Part shown: positions 1 through 8,664 of the stretch, piece after piece
Layout of the letters: each line of letters starts with the position of its first letter
How positions within the stretch are numbered: the first letter of the stretch is position 1
Origin: Schmidtea nova
Taxonomy: Eukaryota
Direction: 5' to 3'
DNA length: 64,000 nucleotides
NCBI GenBank assembly: GCA_044892505.1
Contig: CM097882.1
Span: 348,378,001 to 348,442,000, forward strand
Notes under the pieces: model-generated
Database searches by the model: none
What the model was told of the DNA's origin: nothing
Seen by the model: the letters and a program-made list of their open reading frames with translations, nothing else
Translations under genes and position numbers: made by a program

Positions 1-225
1 ATTAAAAATGATTGAATAATCAGAGAAAAAAGTTAAAATTTCATTTTCATAAATGTAGTGTGTGAAAGCTTTCTATCCTTTTGCAATTTTATGATTATTT
101 TGTGCAGTGTTGTTTATTTAAATATGTAACTGTTGAAAAAAAGAATATTGGATATGAAAATGGATAAAGTATTGCAAGTGTTGATATATATATTGTAAAT
201 TTTAACGATTGATAAATTCTTTCAA

Positions 226-298
226 GGTTCGATGGTGTAGCGGTTATCACGTCTGCTTTACACGCAGAAGGTCCCCGGTTCGATCCCGGGTCGAACCA
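226..298 (+). tRNA. tRNA-Val-TAC: tRNA-Val(TAC)
   Basis: 73-nt cloverleaf: acceptor GGTTCGA/TCGAACC, anticodon arm TCTGC-TTTACAC-GCAGA, T-loop TTCGATC, discriminator A; T5 terminator follows. Confidence 0.96.
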
Positions 299-300
299 AA

Positions 301-305
301 TTTTT
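301..305 (+). terminator. Pol III terminator (T5) after tRNA-Val(TAC); representative of all TAC units
   Basis: TTTTT starting 3 nt after the discriminator. Confidence 0.8.
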
Positions 306-360
306 ATTGTAAATTGTTAAATCTTGTTTACTATGTTTCCATTGTTTACTAGTGTTATTT

Positions 361-374
361 TGTGTGTGTGTGTG
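361..374. repeat. (TG)7 microsatellite in the short spacer; representative, present in each unit
   Basis: tgtgtgtgtgtgtg. Confidence 0.9.
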
Positions 375-446
375 TTTTATTAGTAAATCAGATCAATTTA
401 TTTAGCTGAAAGTTGGTAACAAACGAAAATTTGAAAATATTTACAG

Positions 447-519
447 GGTTCGATGGTGTAGCGGTTATCACGTCTGCTTCACACGCAGAAGGTCCCCGGT
501 TCGATCCCGGGTCGAACCA
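447..519 (+). tRNA. tRNA-Val-CAC: tRNA-Val(CAC)
   Basis: Same cloverleaf, anticodon loop TTCACAC; T4 terminator follows. Confidence 0.95.
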
Positions 520-521
520 TA

Positions 522-525
522 TTTT
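522..525 (+). terminator. Pol III terminator (T4) after tRNA-Val(CAC); representative
   Basis: TTTT starting 3 nt after the discriminator. Confidence 0.7.
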
Positions 526-816
526 ATTAATTAGAAACTTCCTAATCTTGATTTTTTCTCAATGGAACACCTTTCTCATATATGTTACAATATTAAAAAT
601 GATTGAATAATCAGAGAAAAAAGTTAAAATTTCATTTTCATAAATGTAGTGTGTGAAAGCTTTCTATCCTTTTGCAATTTTATGATTATTTTGTGCAGTG
701 TTGTTTATTTAAATATGTAACTGTTGAAAAAAAGAATATTGGATATGAAAATGGATAAAGTATTGCAAGTGTTGATATATATATTGTAAATTTTAACGAT
801 TGATAAATTCTTTCAA

Positions 817-889
817 GGTTCGATGGTGTAGCGGTTATCACGTCTGCTTTACACGCAGAAGGTCCCCGGTTCGATCCCGGGTCGAACCA
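817..889 (+). tRNA. tRNA-Val-TAC: tRNA-Val(TAC)
   Basis: Identical to 226..298. Confidence 0.96.
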
Positions 890-1037
890 AATTTTTATTG
901 TAAATTGTTAAATCTTGTTTACTATGTTTCCATTGTTTACTAGTGTTATTTTGTGTGTGTGTGTGTTTTATTAGTAAATCAGATCAATTTATTTAGCTGA
1001 AAGTTGGTAACAAACGAAAATTTGAAAATATTTACAG

Positions 1038-1110
1038 GGTTCGATGGTGTAGCGGTTATCACGTCTGCTTCACACGCAGAAGGTCCCCGGTTCGATCCCG
1101 GGTCGAACCA
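1038..1110 (+). tRNA. tRNA-Val-CAC: tRNA-Val(CAC)
   Basis: Identical to 447..519. Confidence 0.95.
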
Positions 1111-1407
1111 TATTTTATTAATTAGAAACTTCCTAATCTTGATTTTTTCTCAATGGAACACCTTTCTCATATATGTTACAATATTAAAAATGATTGAATA
1201 ATCAGAGAAAAAAGTTAAAATTTCATTTTCATAAATGTAGTGTGTGAAAGCTTTCTATCCTTTTGCAATTTTATGATTATTTTGTGCAGTGTTGTTTATT
1301 TAAATATGTAACTGTTGAAAAAAAGAATATTGGATATGAAAATGGATAAAGTATTGCAAGTGTTGATATATATATTGTAAATTTTAACGATTGATAAATT
1401 CTTTCAA

Positions 1408-1416
1408 GGTTCGATG
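1408..1416 (+). pseudogene. 5' stub (nt 1-9) of tRNA-Val disrupted by copy 1
   Basis: GGTTCGATG at the expected 591-bp register, then element sequence. Confidence 0.9.
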
Positions 1417-4047
1417 ACTCAATCACCTGCTGCTCAGTCAACTGCTGCTGATGTGATGACTCAGTCTATTGGAAATCAGTCAACTGTGACGAAGAAATAT
1501 GAATTAGAAAACATTCTCAAGTATCAAATTTCCAGTTTGCAATGTTTTCAATCGATTTTGGATTATTTTTCGCAACTAAATGGTGGAAATCTCGCTACTG
1601 CCTCAGTTCTTTCTGATGCGAATGCAAGTCAACGGAGTTCTTTCGATCAAGGATCTAAAATTTCTCAAAACCAATCTGATAATATGCCACTTTCTTATGC
1701 TGATATTGAGACTAAATTCACTAAATCAAAGGATTTACTGATTGTCAAGCGCCTGGATTCATTGGAGTCTCAATTTATGAATATGGCTGAAAAGTTAGAT
1801 TATTTGGTTTCTTTTTTTAATGGCTCTGTTGATGATTTATCAGATTTTCCTAAAGTAAATGAAAATAATTTAAATAATAATCCTTTCAATAAAAATAAAG
1901 TTTTTGATATCAAAGATAAATTAATTGTAAATAATGTAGTTTTAGATAAATCAAATATTTCAGAATTTATTGAAAATAATATTGCTAAAATTCCTAATAG
2001 TTTAATTGATGTAAATAATAAAATGTGTAATTCAAATAATAAATTTCTAAATAACCCTAATAAAGAGAATGTTAAACATTTTAATAATCCCAAAGAAACA
2101 TCTTCAATTGATTTGACTAACGATAAAATTATGCCAAATGAAAACATAGAAATAATTATTAAAAATAATAAAAAATCTGTTAAAATTATAGAACCTAATA
2201 AAACAACTAAACAGAAGTATGATAAATTTGAATTTAAAAATCTGGTTCGTATTTTAACGAAAAGGGAACGCCAGAAAATCTTGAATGCCTTCCCTGCTTT
2301 AATACAACTAATTAAAAAGAAAGAATCACAGAGTAAATATTTTGAAATTAATAAATTTCTTTCGAGCAAAGATTTTAATGTGAATCACTTGAATTTAATT
2401 AATTTTGATTATTTTTTCTATAGAAATTGTAATCTTTGTGTATCTTTAAAATTGAACAACGCTCCTGTCATTTCATCAGCACCAAAACCTGTTGTTTTAA
2501 AAACTATTAAATTAATTGACCATAATATCGTCAAAATAAATTCTGAAATCCCTGACTTTGTTCGAGCTCCAATGTCAATTCGAAGATTTTTATTCAATCT
2601 TTCGCACGATCTTTCAAACACTGTTTCCATCAAGGATGAGAAACACAGGGGAAATAAAATAAATAACATTCTTACTTCAATGAAACATAAACAACAATTA
2701 CCAGATTATTTAATAAAATCAAACATTAAATACGAAAATGGTGAGTTCTTATTATTAGATTTGACTAACGATAAAATCAAATTGAACGACGATAATAACT
2801 TGATAAAATCAAATTTTTCTGAACTTACTAGAAGTCAGATTAAAAATCTTTACCATTCTTATCCTTCTCTTAAGGAAGTTTGTTTCGTTGAAAATCTTGA
2901 AACAAGATCATCATCCGTTAGTAAAATTATCGAATCTTTAAAGTTAATTAATGAATTTCCAAAAAATATCATTTTTAAAGAGGGTAAATTTTATCAGTCT
3001 GATAAAAGAACAATCTCACCTAGTAGTTCTCCTGACATAATGTTCAACCTTGGTCTTTTTAATTTAGCTAGTATGAGTAGAAAAGATTGTGAATTAAAAT
3101 CCATTTTAGAGAAGACTGGTTGTGACTTTAAAATAGTTGAAATAATATTCTACCTCAACTATTTAGGCTTGACTCAATCTTTAGAATTTTGCAAAAATCA
3201 AACTTATTCTGATTATGTGAGGAATTACGTCTGCAATTGCTGCTTGATAAACTCACTCTGTAGTATTGCTGATGTTGATTCGCTTTCATCTGAAGATTTT
3301 GAGGGTTGGGCGACCGAAATTGTTCAGAAAATCCCAGTTTCTTCCTATTACTTCAATAGCTGCCAGGAAAAGCTTTTAAAGCTGAAGCAATGGGACATTT
3401 CAACTAAAATCAAAAGAATCCATAACGTTATTTCACCTGAAATAATATCTTATTTAAATAACTTTCTTGACTCTGTAGACGTAAAATTTCCATCTAAGTC
3501 TCAACAACATAATATTCTAATTAAATTAATGAAAGCTATCAATGACATTAAAATTTTTGATGACATACACGGAAATAAAGCAAAAAGACTTGTTTACTTT
3601 TTGCTAAGAGATGCCAAGAAATATTTGAATAAAAATCAACGATTCAGATTATTTGAATCGAGCAATAAATATTGCACTTCAGAGATGGAGAATATAATTT
3701 CAGTAATAATTGAGAACCTTACCAAAGTTACTGACCATGAAGTTACTACTCCTGAAATCACAGTTGAAGAAACGCCAATTGAAATAACTTGTGATCCTGA
3801 ACCTATCGTCTTGATTAAGGAAATAAACTGTTTAAAATGTAACAATATCATCGAAAAATGCATTCTTGTTAGAGATGGAACAAACGTCAACATCTGTGAA
3901 AGCTGTCTATTTGACGCAATTACCTTTGAAAAGCCGATTCCTGAAGCTACTAATTCGGATATCGAAGAAAATATGGAAACAAATAGTAAGAAATCTTGTC
4001 CAAGACCTAGAAAAACAGACAAGAAAACATCAACCAAAGCAAAATGA
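1414..4047 (+). CDS. Retrotransposon ORF1, 877 aa, Asn/Lys-rich, C-terminal C-x2-C-x18-C-x2-C finger and basic tail
   Basis: Long ORF intact in all six copies; ATG overlaps tRNA nt 7-9; ends in TGA in frame with ORF2. Confidence 0.88.
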   Translation: MTQSPAAQSTAADVMTQSIGNQSTVTKKYELENILKYQISSLQCFQSILDYFSQLNGGNLATASVLSDANASQRSSFDQGSKISQNQSDNMPLSYADIETKFTKSKDLLIVKRLDSLESQFMNMAEKLDYLVSFFNGSVDDLSDFPKVNENNLNNNPFNKNKVFDIKDKLIVNNVVLDKSNISEFIENNIAKIPNSLIDVNNKMCNSNNKFLNNPNKENVKHFNNPKETSSIDLTNDKIMPNENIEIIIKNNKKSVKIIEPNKTTKQKYDKFEFKNLVRILTKRERQKILNAFPALIQLIKKKESQSKYFEINKFLSSKDFNVNHLNLINFDYFFYRNCNLCVSLKLNNAPVISSAPKPVVLKTIKLIDHNIVKINSEIPDFVRAPMSIRRFLFNLSHDLSNTVSIKDEKHRGNKINNILTSMKHKQQLPDYLIKSNIKYENGEFLLLDLTNDKIKLNDDNNLIKSNFSELTRSQIKNLYHSYPSLKEVCFVENLETRSSSVSKIIESLKLINEFPKNIIFKEGKFYQSDKRTISPSSSPDIMFNLGLFNLASMSRKDCELKSILEKTGCDFKIVEIIFYLNYLGLTQSLEFCKNQTYSDYVRNYVCNCCLINSLCSIADVDSLSSEDFEGWATEIVQKIPVSSYYFNSCQEKLLKLKQWDISTKIKRIHNVISPEIISYLNNFLDSVDVKFPSKSQQHNILIKLMKAINDIKIFDDIHGNKAKRLVYFLLRDAKKYLNKNQRFRLFESSNKYCTSEMENIISVIIENLTKVTDHEVTTPEITVEETPIEITCDPEPIVLIKEINCLKCNNIIEKCILVRDGTNVNICESCLFDAITFEKPIPEATNSDIEENMETNSKKSCPRPRKTDKKTSTKAK

Positions 4048-4053
4048 AGATGT

Positions 4054-7000
4054 GTGCCTGCATCAGCTCAATCGTCTGCCATTCCCTCTAATGAGACTGA
4101 TGCAGAGAGCACAACTAAAAATAATATTTCAACTATCGACAATCGTGATCCTGAAGTGTGGTTTTCTGATAATGATATTGATTGGTATCTTGAAAACCAC
4201 ATTGATAATCCAATGCATGGATATATTAAATGCTTTATAGTAAATATCATCTGTTCTAACATCACAGAAGATATTGTTGAAATTCCACCATCTATTAGCA
4301 ATGCTGAAATTGTATTTTGTCCACTCAACATTAACAATTCGCACTGGATTCTTTTTGTTTATAGTAAGAAAATGTTATCTTCTTACTTTATTGACCCAAT
4401 CCTTGCAAACAGACAAAAGCCAATCAATAAACAAATGGCTCAGAGAATTAACCTAAAACTGAATAGATTTTTTAATCTAAATATATCTGTGTCCCGACAT
4501 CCACACAAACATCTTGAATATCAAAATAACAGCTTTGATTGTGGCCCATTTACGTGTGCTTATGCTGTGATTATCAGTAAAGATTTGAACAGCTTTCCAA
4601 ATGGGTTCATAGAGAAAATTCGTACCAGTGTGCATGAAAATCAAAATCGTATGCAAATAACCGAATCCACCTTATTCGCTGGTACTAACTCCAAGATGGA
4701 CATGACCAAAATAAATATCAAGAAAGCCCTTGCAAAAAAGAAAGTCATCACCAACACCTCAGATATGACCAAAGTATTGAACACTCAAAAACCGTGTGTG
4801 TCATCAATAATTAGTAAATATTACGAAAGTAATTCTAAAATAACAGTCTTATCTGCCGAACTAACTTTAAACCTAATTGCACAAAATACCTCCTTCATAG
4901 CTGATAATGTCACTTTCAAGCAGTTCAAAGGAATCGATCATGTTATAAGTATCATTCCTAAATTTAACGATTGGTGTCTCTTTGTCTATTCGAATAAACT
5001 TGACAGGAGCTACATGTTCGACTTCAATTATCGAAACATTGATGAAAGGCTAATTGAAATTGGTGAAAAGATAACTGAATATCTGAATCAATTCACTCTT
5101 GTTTCTAAAATAAAATTCACACCTCATCATAGAATTTCTCATCCAACATTTCATTCTTACGATGATCAATATTTTGCAAGTTCTTTTATTGTATTTTTTG
5201 AGAAACTTGTCTTTGAAAGAATACTGGACAATGATAAGGTTTATGACTCATTAAGTGCTCTAAAATATCAGTCTTGTAAAGATCTTTCTCCTAGCCTAAG
5301 TTTCATTAATGGTAAAATATCCGACAAAATTATTGAGGAATATTTTGCTAGCCTAAACTTATCGACCAAATATATTCTTCTAAACACAACAATGTGTACT
5401 GCGCTTTCAGATGATTGCACTGAATACTTGAAAGACTTTGTAAACATTGAGTGCATGATGAAGGCTACTATAATCTTTGTAATCATTTCTCCTCCAAGAG
5501 CCAACGACTTGCTCATGGTTATTGATTACGACGCTGATGAGCACTATTTATTAAGCCCAGTCACTAATGACTTGTTCGTTATGACTGAAGGATTCTGCTA
5601 TAAATTACTAATTAAAATTAATGAGATTAGAGAGAGCACAGGACGTTCCTTGAAATCGCGTAATTGTCGACATGACGTTAAAGGTTCTGGCTTATTTAGT
5701 AGGTTATTAATCTGTGCCTTTATTAAATATTATGCATTTGACCGATCTCTAGAAAATATCAATCTTTATGAAATTGGCAAAATTATCTACTCACTTGTGC
5801 CATTAGTTGATAAAAATGATAATGCTGAGGAAGAAAGACGACTAAAATCAAAAGCTGTAAACTCTTTAAAACTAAATTTAAAACAGCGAATAGAAAAAGC
5901 CAATAATCTTATAATTTCACTTGAACACGCCAGTATTGATGAAATCATAAGTGGCATTCTTTCAAATATTCCTCGTCTTAAAGATTTGAACACCGATCAC
6001 ATTCGTACACCATATTTAGGTACTAAAATAGAAAAAGCTAGAAAATTCAAAAATTCCACTGAGTTTCTGTCAAACATGAAAAAGACTGTGTATAGGATTT
6101 TGGGTAACAACACAGAATCAATTGCACCTCCTTATCAGGAAATTATTGACACTTTCAGTCATCCTGATACATTACCTAGAAATTGGGAAAACATCTTAAA
6201 ATTCACTAAGAGTTCTAAATATAGTCTTGAATTAAATCCAATGACACCTAAAGAAATCCTTTCAAGTCTTTGCAAAGCTGACAACACTTCTCCAGGTCTT
6301 GATAATGTTTGTTATAAAGATCTTTTGTTATTAGACCCTGAATGTAAATTGCTAGCTTTTCTGTACAATAAAATCCTAAAATTAGACATTATTCCTACAA
6401 GTTGGAAATCATTTAAAACCATACTAATCCCCAAACCAGATAAAAATGGCCAATATCATAAAATATATTCTTGGCGACCAATTGCCTTATTATCTGTCAT
6501 TTACAAAGTCTTCGCTTCAGTTTTGGCAAATCGTCTAAGCTTATGGATAAGAAATAATTCCATGTTACACATTGGCCAAAAGGGTGGTTCGGAGTACGAA
6601 GGATGTATTGAACACAACTCTATTCTTTCTGCTATCGTCGAACATTCAAAATACAGCAAGTCTTCACCTTTAACGATAGCTTGGCTAGACATCAAAGATG
6701 CCTTCGGAAGTGTTCCACATGACTACATGTGGACACTGTTAAAACACATAAATGTTAGTGATAGGTTTGTAGGAATTTTAAAACTGCTCTATACTGATAC
6801 AAGCTCGTTTTACTGTTGCAATAAAATGCAGACACCGGATATTCCAATAAAGAAAGGAGTTAAACAAGGTTGTCCGATCTCAATGATATTGTTTGCAATA
6901 GCTATTAACCCAGTACTTGAGTCTATTAATCTATCAAACGTTAATCCTTTTACGATTGGAACATCTCCGGTACAGGTGTTGGCTTATGCGGATGATATCG

Positions 7001-8664
7001 CACTTATCGCGACAAATACCTCTGATCTGCAAATACTCATAAACGTTGCTGTAAACACCGCTAAAACAATTGGATTTGAATATCGTCCAGAAAAGTGCGC
7101 TTATATGCAATTCCCTAAAATAGAAACTGTAAGCGAGATTTCTGTCAACAACGTTCTTATCAAAAAGATTGCAACAAATGAATTTTACCAATACTTGGGA
7201 GTACCAATAGGTGACAATAATGATCAAAGTCCCTATGAAATTCTAAGCAAAGTAATTGAAGACACAAAGAAAATAGCAAATTCTGATCTTTACGGCTGGC
7301 AAAAACTTAAAGCGTATAAGGTCTTTCTGCATTCTCGCTTGATTTTTCCATTTAGAACTAGGGAAATCAAAACAAGTTCTTTAGCTGATTCGAGTAAAAA
7401 TTCAAAATTAAATGTAAATAATACGAGTATTTTGAGGAGTCATCTTAGAAAAATATTGCACTTGCCACACTACTCTGAGATTAGCTATTTTTATAATTCT
7501 ACTGAAAACGGCGGTGCAGGCTGCATAGACTTACTTGACGAGTATCATACACAGACAATCGTGTACTTTTTCCGTTTGTTAACATCAACGTGCGAATATT
7601 CGAAAAAGATAAATACTGACTCGCTTTTATTTGTCACAAGTCCGAGACTCGGAATCAAAAATCCAGTTCTTAAACAAAGTTTAGAATGGATAAATGGAAA
7701 AGAGAGCAAGAAAAACAACAGTGGTTGCAAAACTCGATTTTATCGGTTGCGATCATCCATTGCTTACTTTTCTAAAGTTCACAACATTAAATTGTTATTT
7801 GAAACAGTGAAAGGGAATCCTTCTATCCGTATAACCACTACACTTAAGGGAACACGTATATTATTACCAACATTAAGAAAAGCCTTGTCAATGATTTTAC
7901 ATTCAGCTCTCCAGGATTCGTATCTCGAGAAATGGGAGAATAGCAATCATAATAATCTGCTTGTATCTGCGATAAAACTCTGTCCACTTGTCAACAAGCT
8001 TATTTTCCGCAGTGATTTGACAGAATTTGAATGGAGATTCGTCCATCGAGCAAGAACGAATACATTATCAATATTTGCGAAGCCATATAAAACTGGCGAA
8101 AATCGTCTTTGTCGTAGATGTAAGCTTGAAGACGAGACTTTATCACACGTTCTTCAAACTTGTAAAATGAACAAATCTTTGGCAACTAGTCGACATAACG
8201 CTTGCTTAGAAAAAATAAAAAGCGAGTTGAAAGATCCAAACTTGTTAGTTGTTGCGGATCATAAATGTTCCCTAGTACCGACATCAACTGAACGCGTTGA
8301 TTTAATAATAACCAATAATGATAAAAAGACCATATTATTGGTAGACATGAAATGCCCAATCGATTCGGTGCCCAACTTTGACTTGGCTGATAAAAAAAAC
8401 ATAGAAAAGTATGATAAACTAAAATCAGAAATTAAAATAGCCAAACCCGATTATAAAGTTGAGTTGTTTACCTGCATCATAGGCTCATTAGGATCCATTG
8501 AAATTAAAACACCTGATCTTTTAGTAAAAATGGGAGTAAAAGAAAATAAAGTAAAACGTCTGATGAAAGAGTGTGCAATTAGCAATATTGCGCACTCGGC
8601 CAAAATTTGGTACTTTCATACCAATGGCTTTCTTCCAGATAATATAAGACAAACTTGTAAATAA
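4054..8664 (+). CDS. Retrotransposon ORF2: Ulp1-like protease (1 intact + 2 degenerate repeats), reverse transcriptase, CCHC knuckle, restriction-like endonuclease
   Basis: HW (H97), D114, QNNSFDCG (C163); RT motifs SPGLD, WRPIALL, LDIKDAFGSV, GVKQGCP, YADD (nt 6985), YLGV; CRRC-x8-H-x4-C, RHN, RVD, D-M-K, KY. The frame is open from 4048; the track start is GTG and the first ATG is at 4213. Confidence 0.95.
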   Translation: MPASAQSSAIPSNETDAESTTKNNISTIDNRDPEVWFSDNDIDWYLENHIDNPMHGYIKCFIVNIICSNITEDIVEIPPSISNAEIVFCPLNINNSHWILFVYSKKMLSSYFIDPILANRQKPINKQMAQRINLKLNRFFNLNISVSRHPHKHLEYQNNSFDCGPFTCAYAVIISKDLNSFPNGFIEKIRTSVHENQNRMQITESTLFAGTNSKMDMTKINIKKALAKKKVITNTSDMTKVLNTQKPCVSSIISKYYESNSKITVLSAELTLNLIAQNTSFIADNVTFKQFKGIDHVISIIPKFNDWCLFVYSNKLDRSYMFDFNYRNIDERLIEIGEKITEYLNQFTLVSKIKFTPHHRISHPTFHSYDDQYFASSFIVFFEKLVFERILDNDKVYDSLSALKYQSCKDLSPSLSFINGKISDKIIEEYFASLNLSTKYILLNTTMCTALSDDCTEYLKDFVNIECMMKATIIFVIISPPRANDLLMVIDYDADEHYLLSPVTNDLFVMTEGFCYKLLIKINEIRESTGRSLKSRNCRHDVKGSGLFSRLLICAFIKYYAFDRSLENINLYEIGKIIYSLVPLVDKNDNAEEERRLKSKAVNSLKLNLKQRIEKANNLIISLEHASIDEIISGILSNIPRLKDLNTDHIRTPYLGTKIEKARKFKNSTEFLSNMKKTVYRILGNNTESIAPPYQEIIDTFSHPDTLPRNWENILKFTKSSKYSLELNPMTPKEILSSLCKADNTSPGLDNVCYKDLLLLDPECKLLAFLYNKILKLDIIPTSWKSFKTILIPKPDKNGQYHKIYSWRPIALLSVIYKVFASVLANRLSLWIRNNSMLHIGQKGGSEYEGCIEHNSILSAIVEHSKYSKSSPLTIAWLDIKDAFGSVPHDYMWTLLKHINVSDRFVGILKLLYTDTSSFYCCNKMQTPDIPIKKGVKQGCPISMILFAIAINPVLESINLSNVNPFTIGTSPVQVLAYADDIALIATNTSDLQILINVAVNTAKTIGFEYRPEKCAYMQFPKIETVSEISVNNVLIKKIATNEFYQYLGVPIGDNNDQSPYEILSKVIEDTKKIANSDLYGWQKLKAYKVFLHSRLIFPFRTREIKTSSLADSSKNSKLNVNNTSILRSHLRKILHLPHYSEISYFYNSTENGGAGCIDLLDEYHTQTIVYFFRLLTSTCEYSKKINTDSLLFVTSPRLGIKNPVLKQSLEWINGKESKKNNSGCKTRFYRLRSSIAYFSKVHNIKLLFETVKGNPSIRITTTLKGTRILLPTLRKALSMILHSALQDSYLEKWENSNHNNLLVSAIKLCPLVNKLIFRSDLTEFEWRFVHRARTNTLSIFAKPYKTGENRLCRRCKLEDETLSHVLQTCKMNKSLATSRHNACLEKIKSELKDPNLLVVADHKCSLVPTSTERVDLIITNNDKKTILLVDMKCPIDSVPNFDLADKKNIEKYDKLKSEIKIAKPDYKVELFTCIIGSLGSIEIKTPDLLVKMGVKENKVKRLMKECAISNIAHSAKIWYFHTNGFLPDNIRQTCK
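4058..4105 (+). promoter_or_regulatory. Stem-loop 10 nt downstream of the ORF1 UGA; candidate readthrough/recoding stimulator (same in all six copies)
   Basis: CTGCATCAG (4058-4066) pairs with CTGATGCAG (4097-4105); CTCA (4067-4070) pairs with TGAG (4092-4095) across one bulged A. Confidence 0.55.

Larger units (their letters stand above)
1..1416 (+). repeat. tRNA-Val(TAC)/(CAC) tandem array block, 591-bp unit
   Basis: 591-bp periodicity (gene starts 226, 817, 1408). Confidence 0.97.

Noticed and set aside
296-298. Apparent encoded CCA end
   Set aside because: CC are acceptor-stem nt 71-72 and A is the discriminator (73). It is not a genomic CCA tail, which is consistent with a eukaryotic gene.
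413-610. Repeated 65-aa ORF (MVTNENLKIF...) in every unit
   Set aside because: It starts at TTG, runs through the tRNA-Val(CAC) gene and is frameshifted in the +T variants. It is a by-product of the tRNA repeat.
226-1110. CRISPR-like appearance (identical 73-nt repeats with spacers)
   Set aside because: The repeats are full tRNA cloverleaves, the spacers are themselves repeated (two fixed types) and there are no cas genes.
1415-1463. Two AP-1/GCN4-like TGACTCA sites at the element 5' end
   Set aside because: Explained by the MTQ codons of the 42-bp duplication. There is no independent evidence of promoter function.
1800-2369. Antisense ORFs (189 aa here; 133, 97, 89, 83 aa elsewhere)
   Set aside because: Hydrophobic shadow frames of AT-rich coding sequence. 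The 189-aa one shrinks to 115 aa in the other copies, and none has recognisable motifs.
4045-4047. Alternative genetic code with UGA as a sense codon
   Set aside because: Only one in-frame UGA occurs in about 2400 codons and Trp is encoded by TGG elsewhere. Site-specific recoding or reinitiation fits better.
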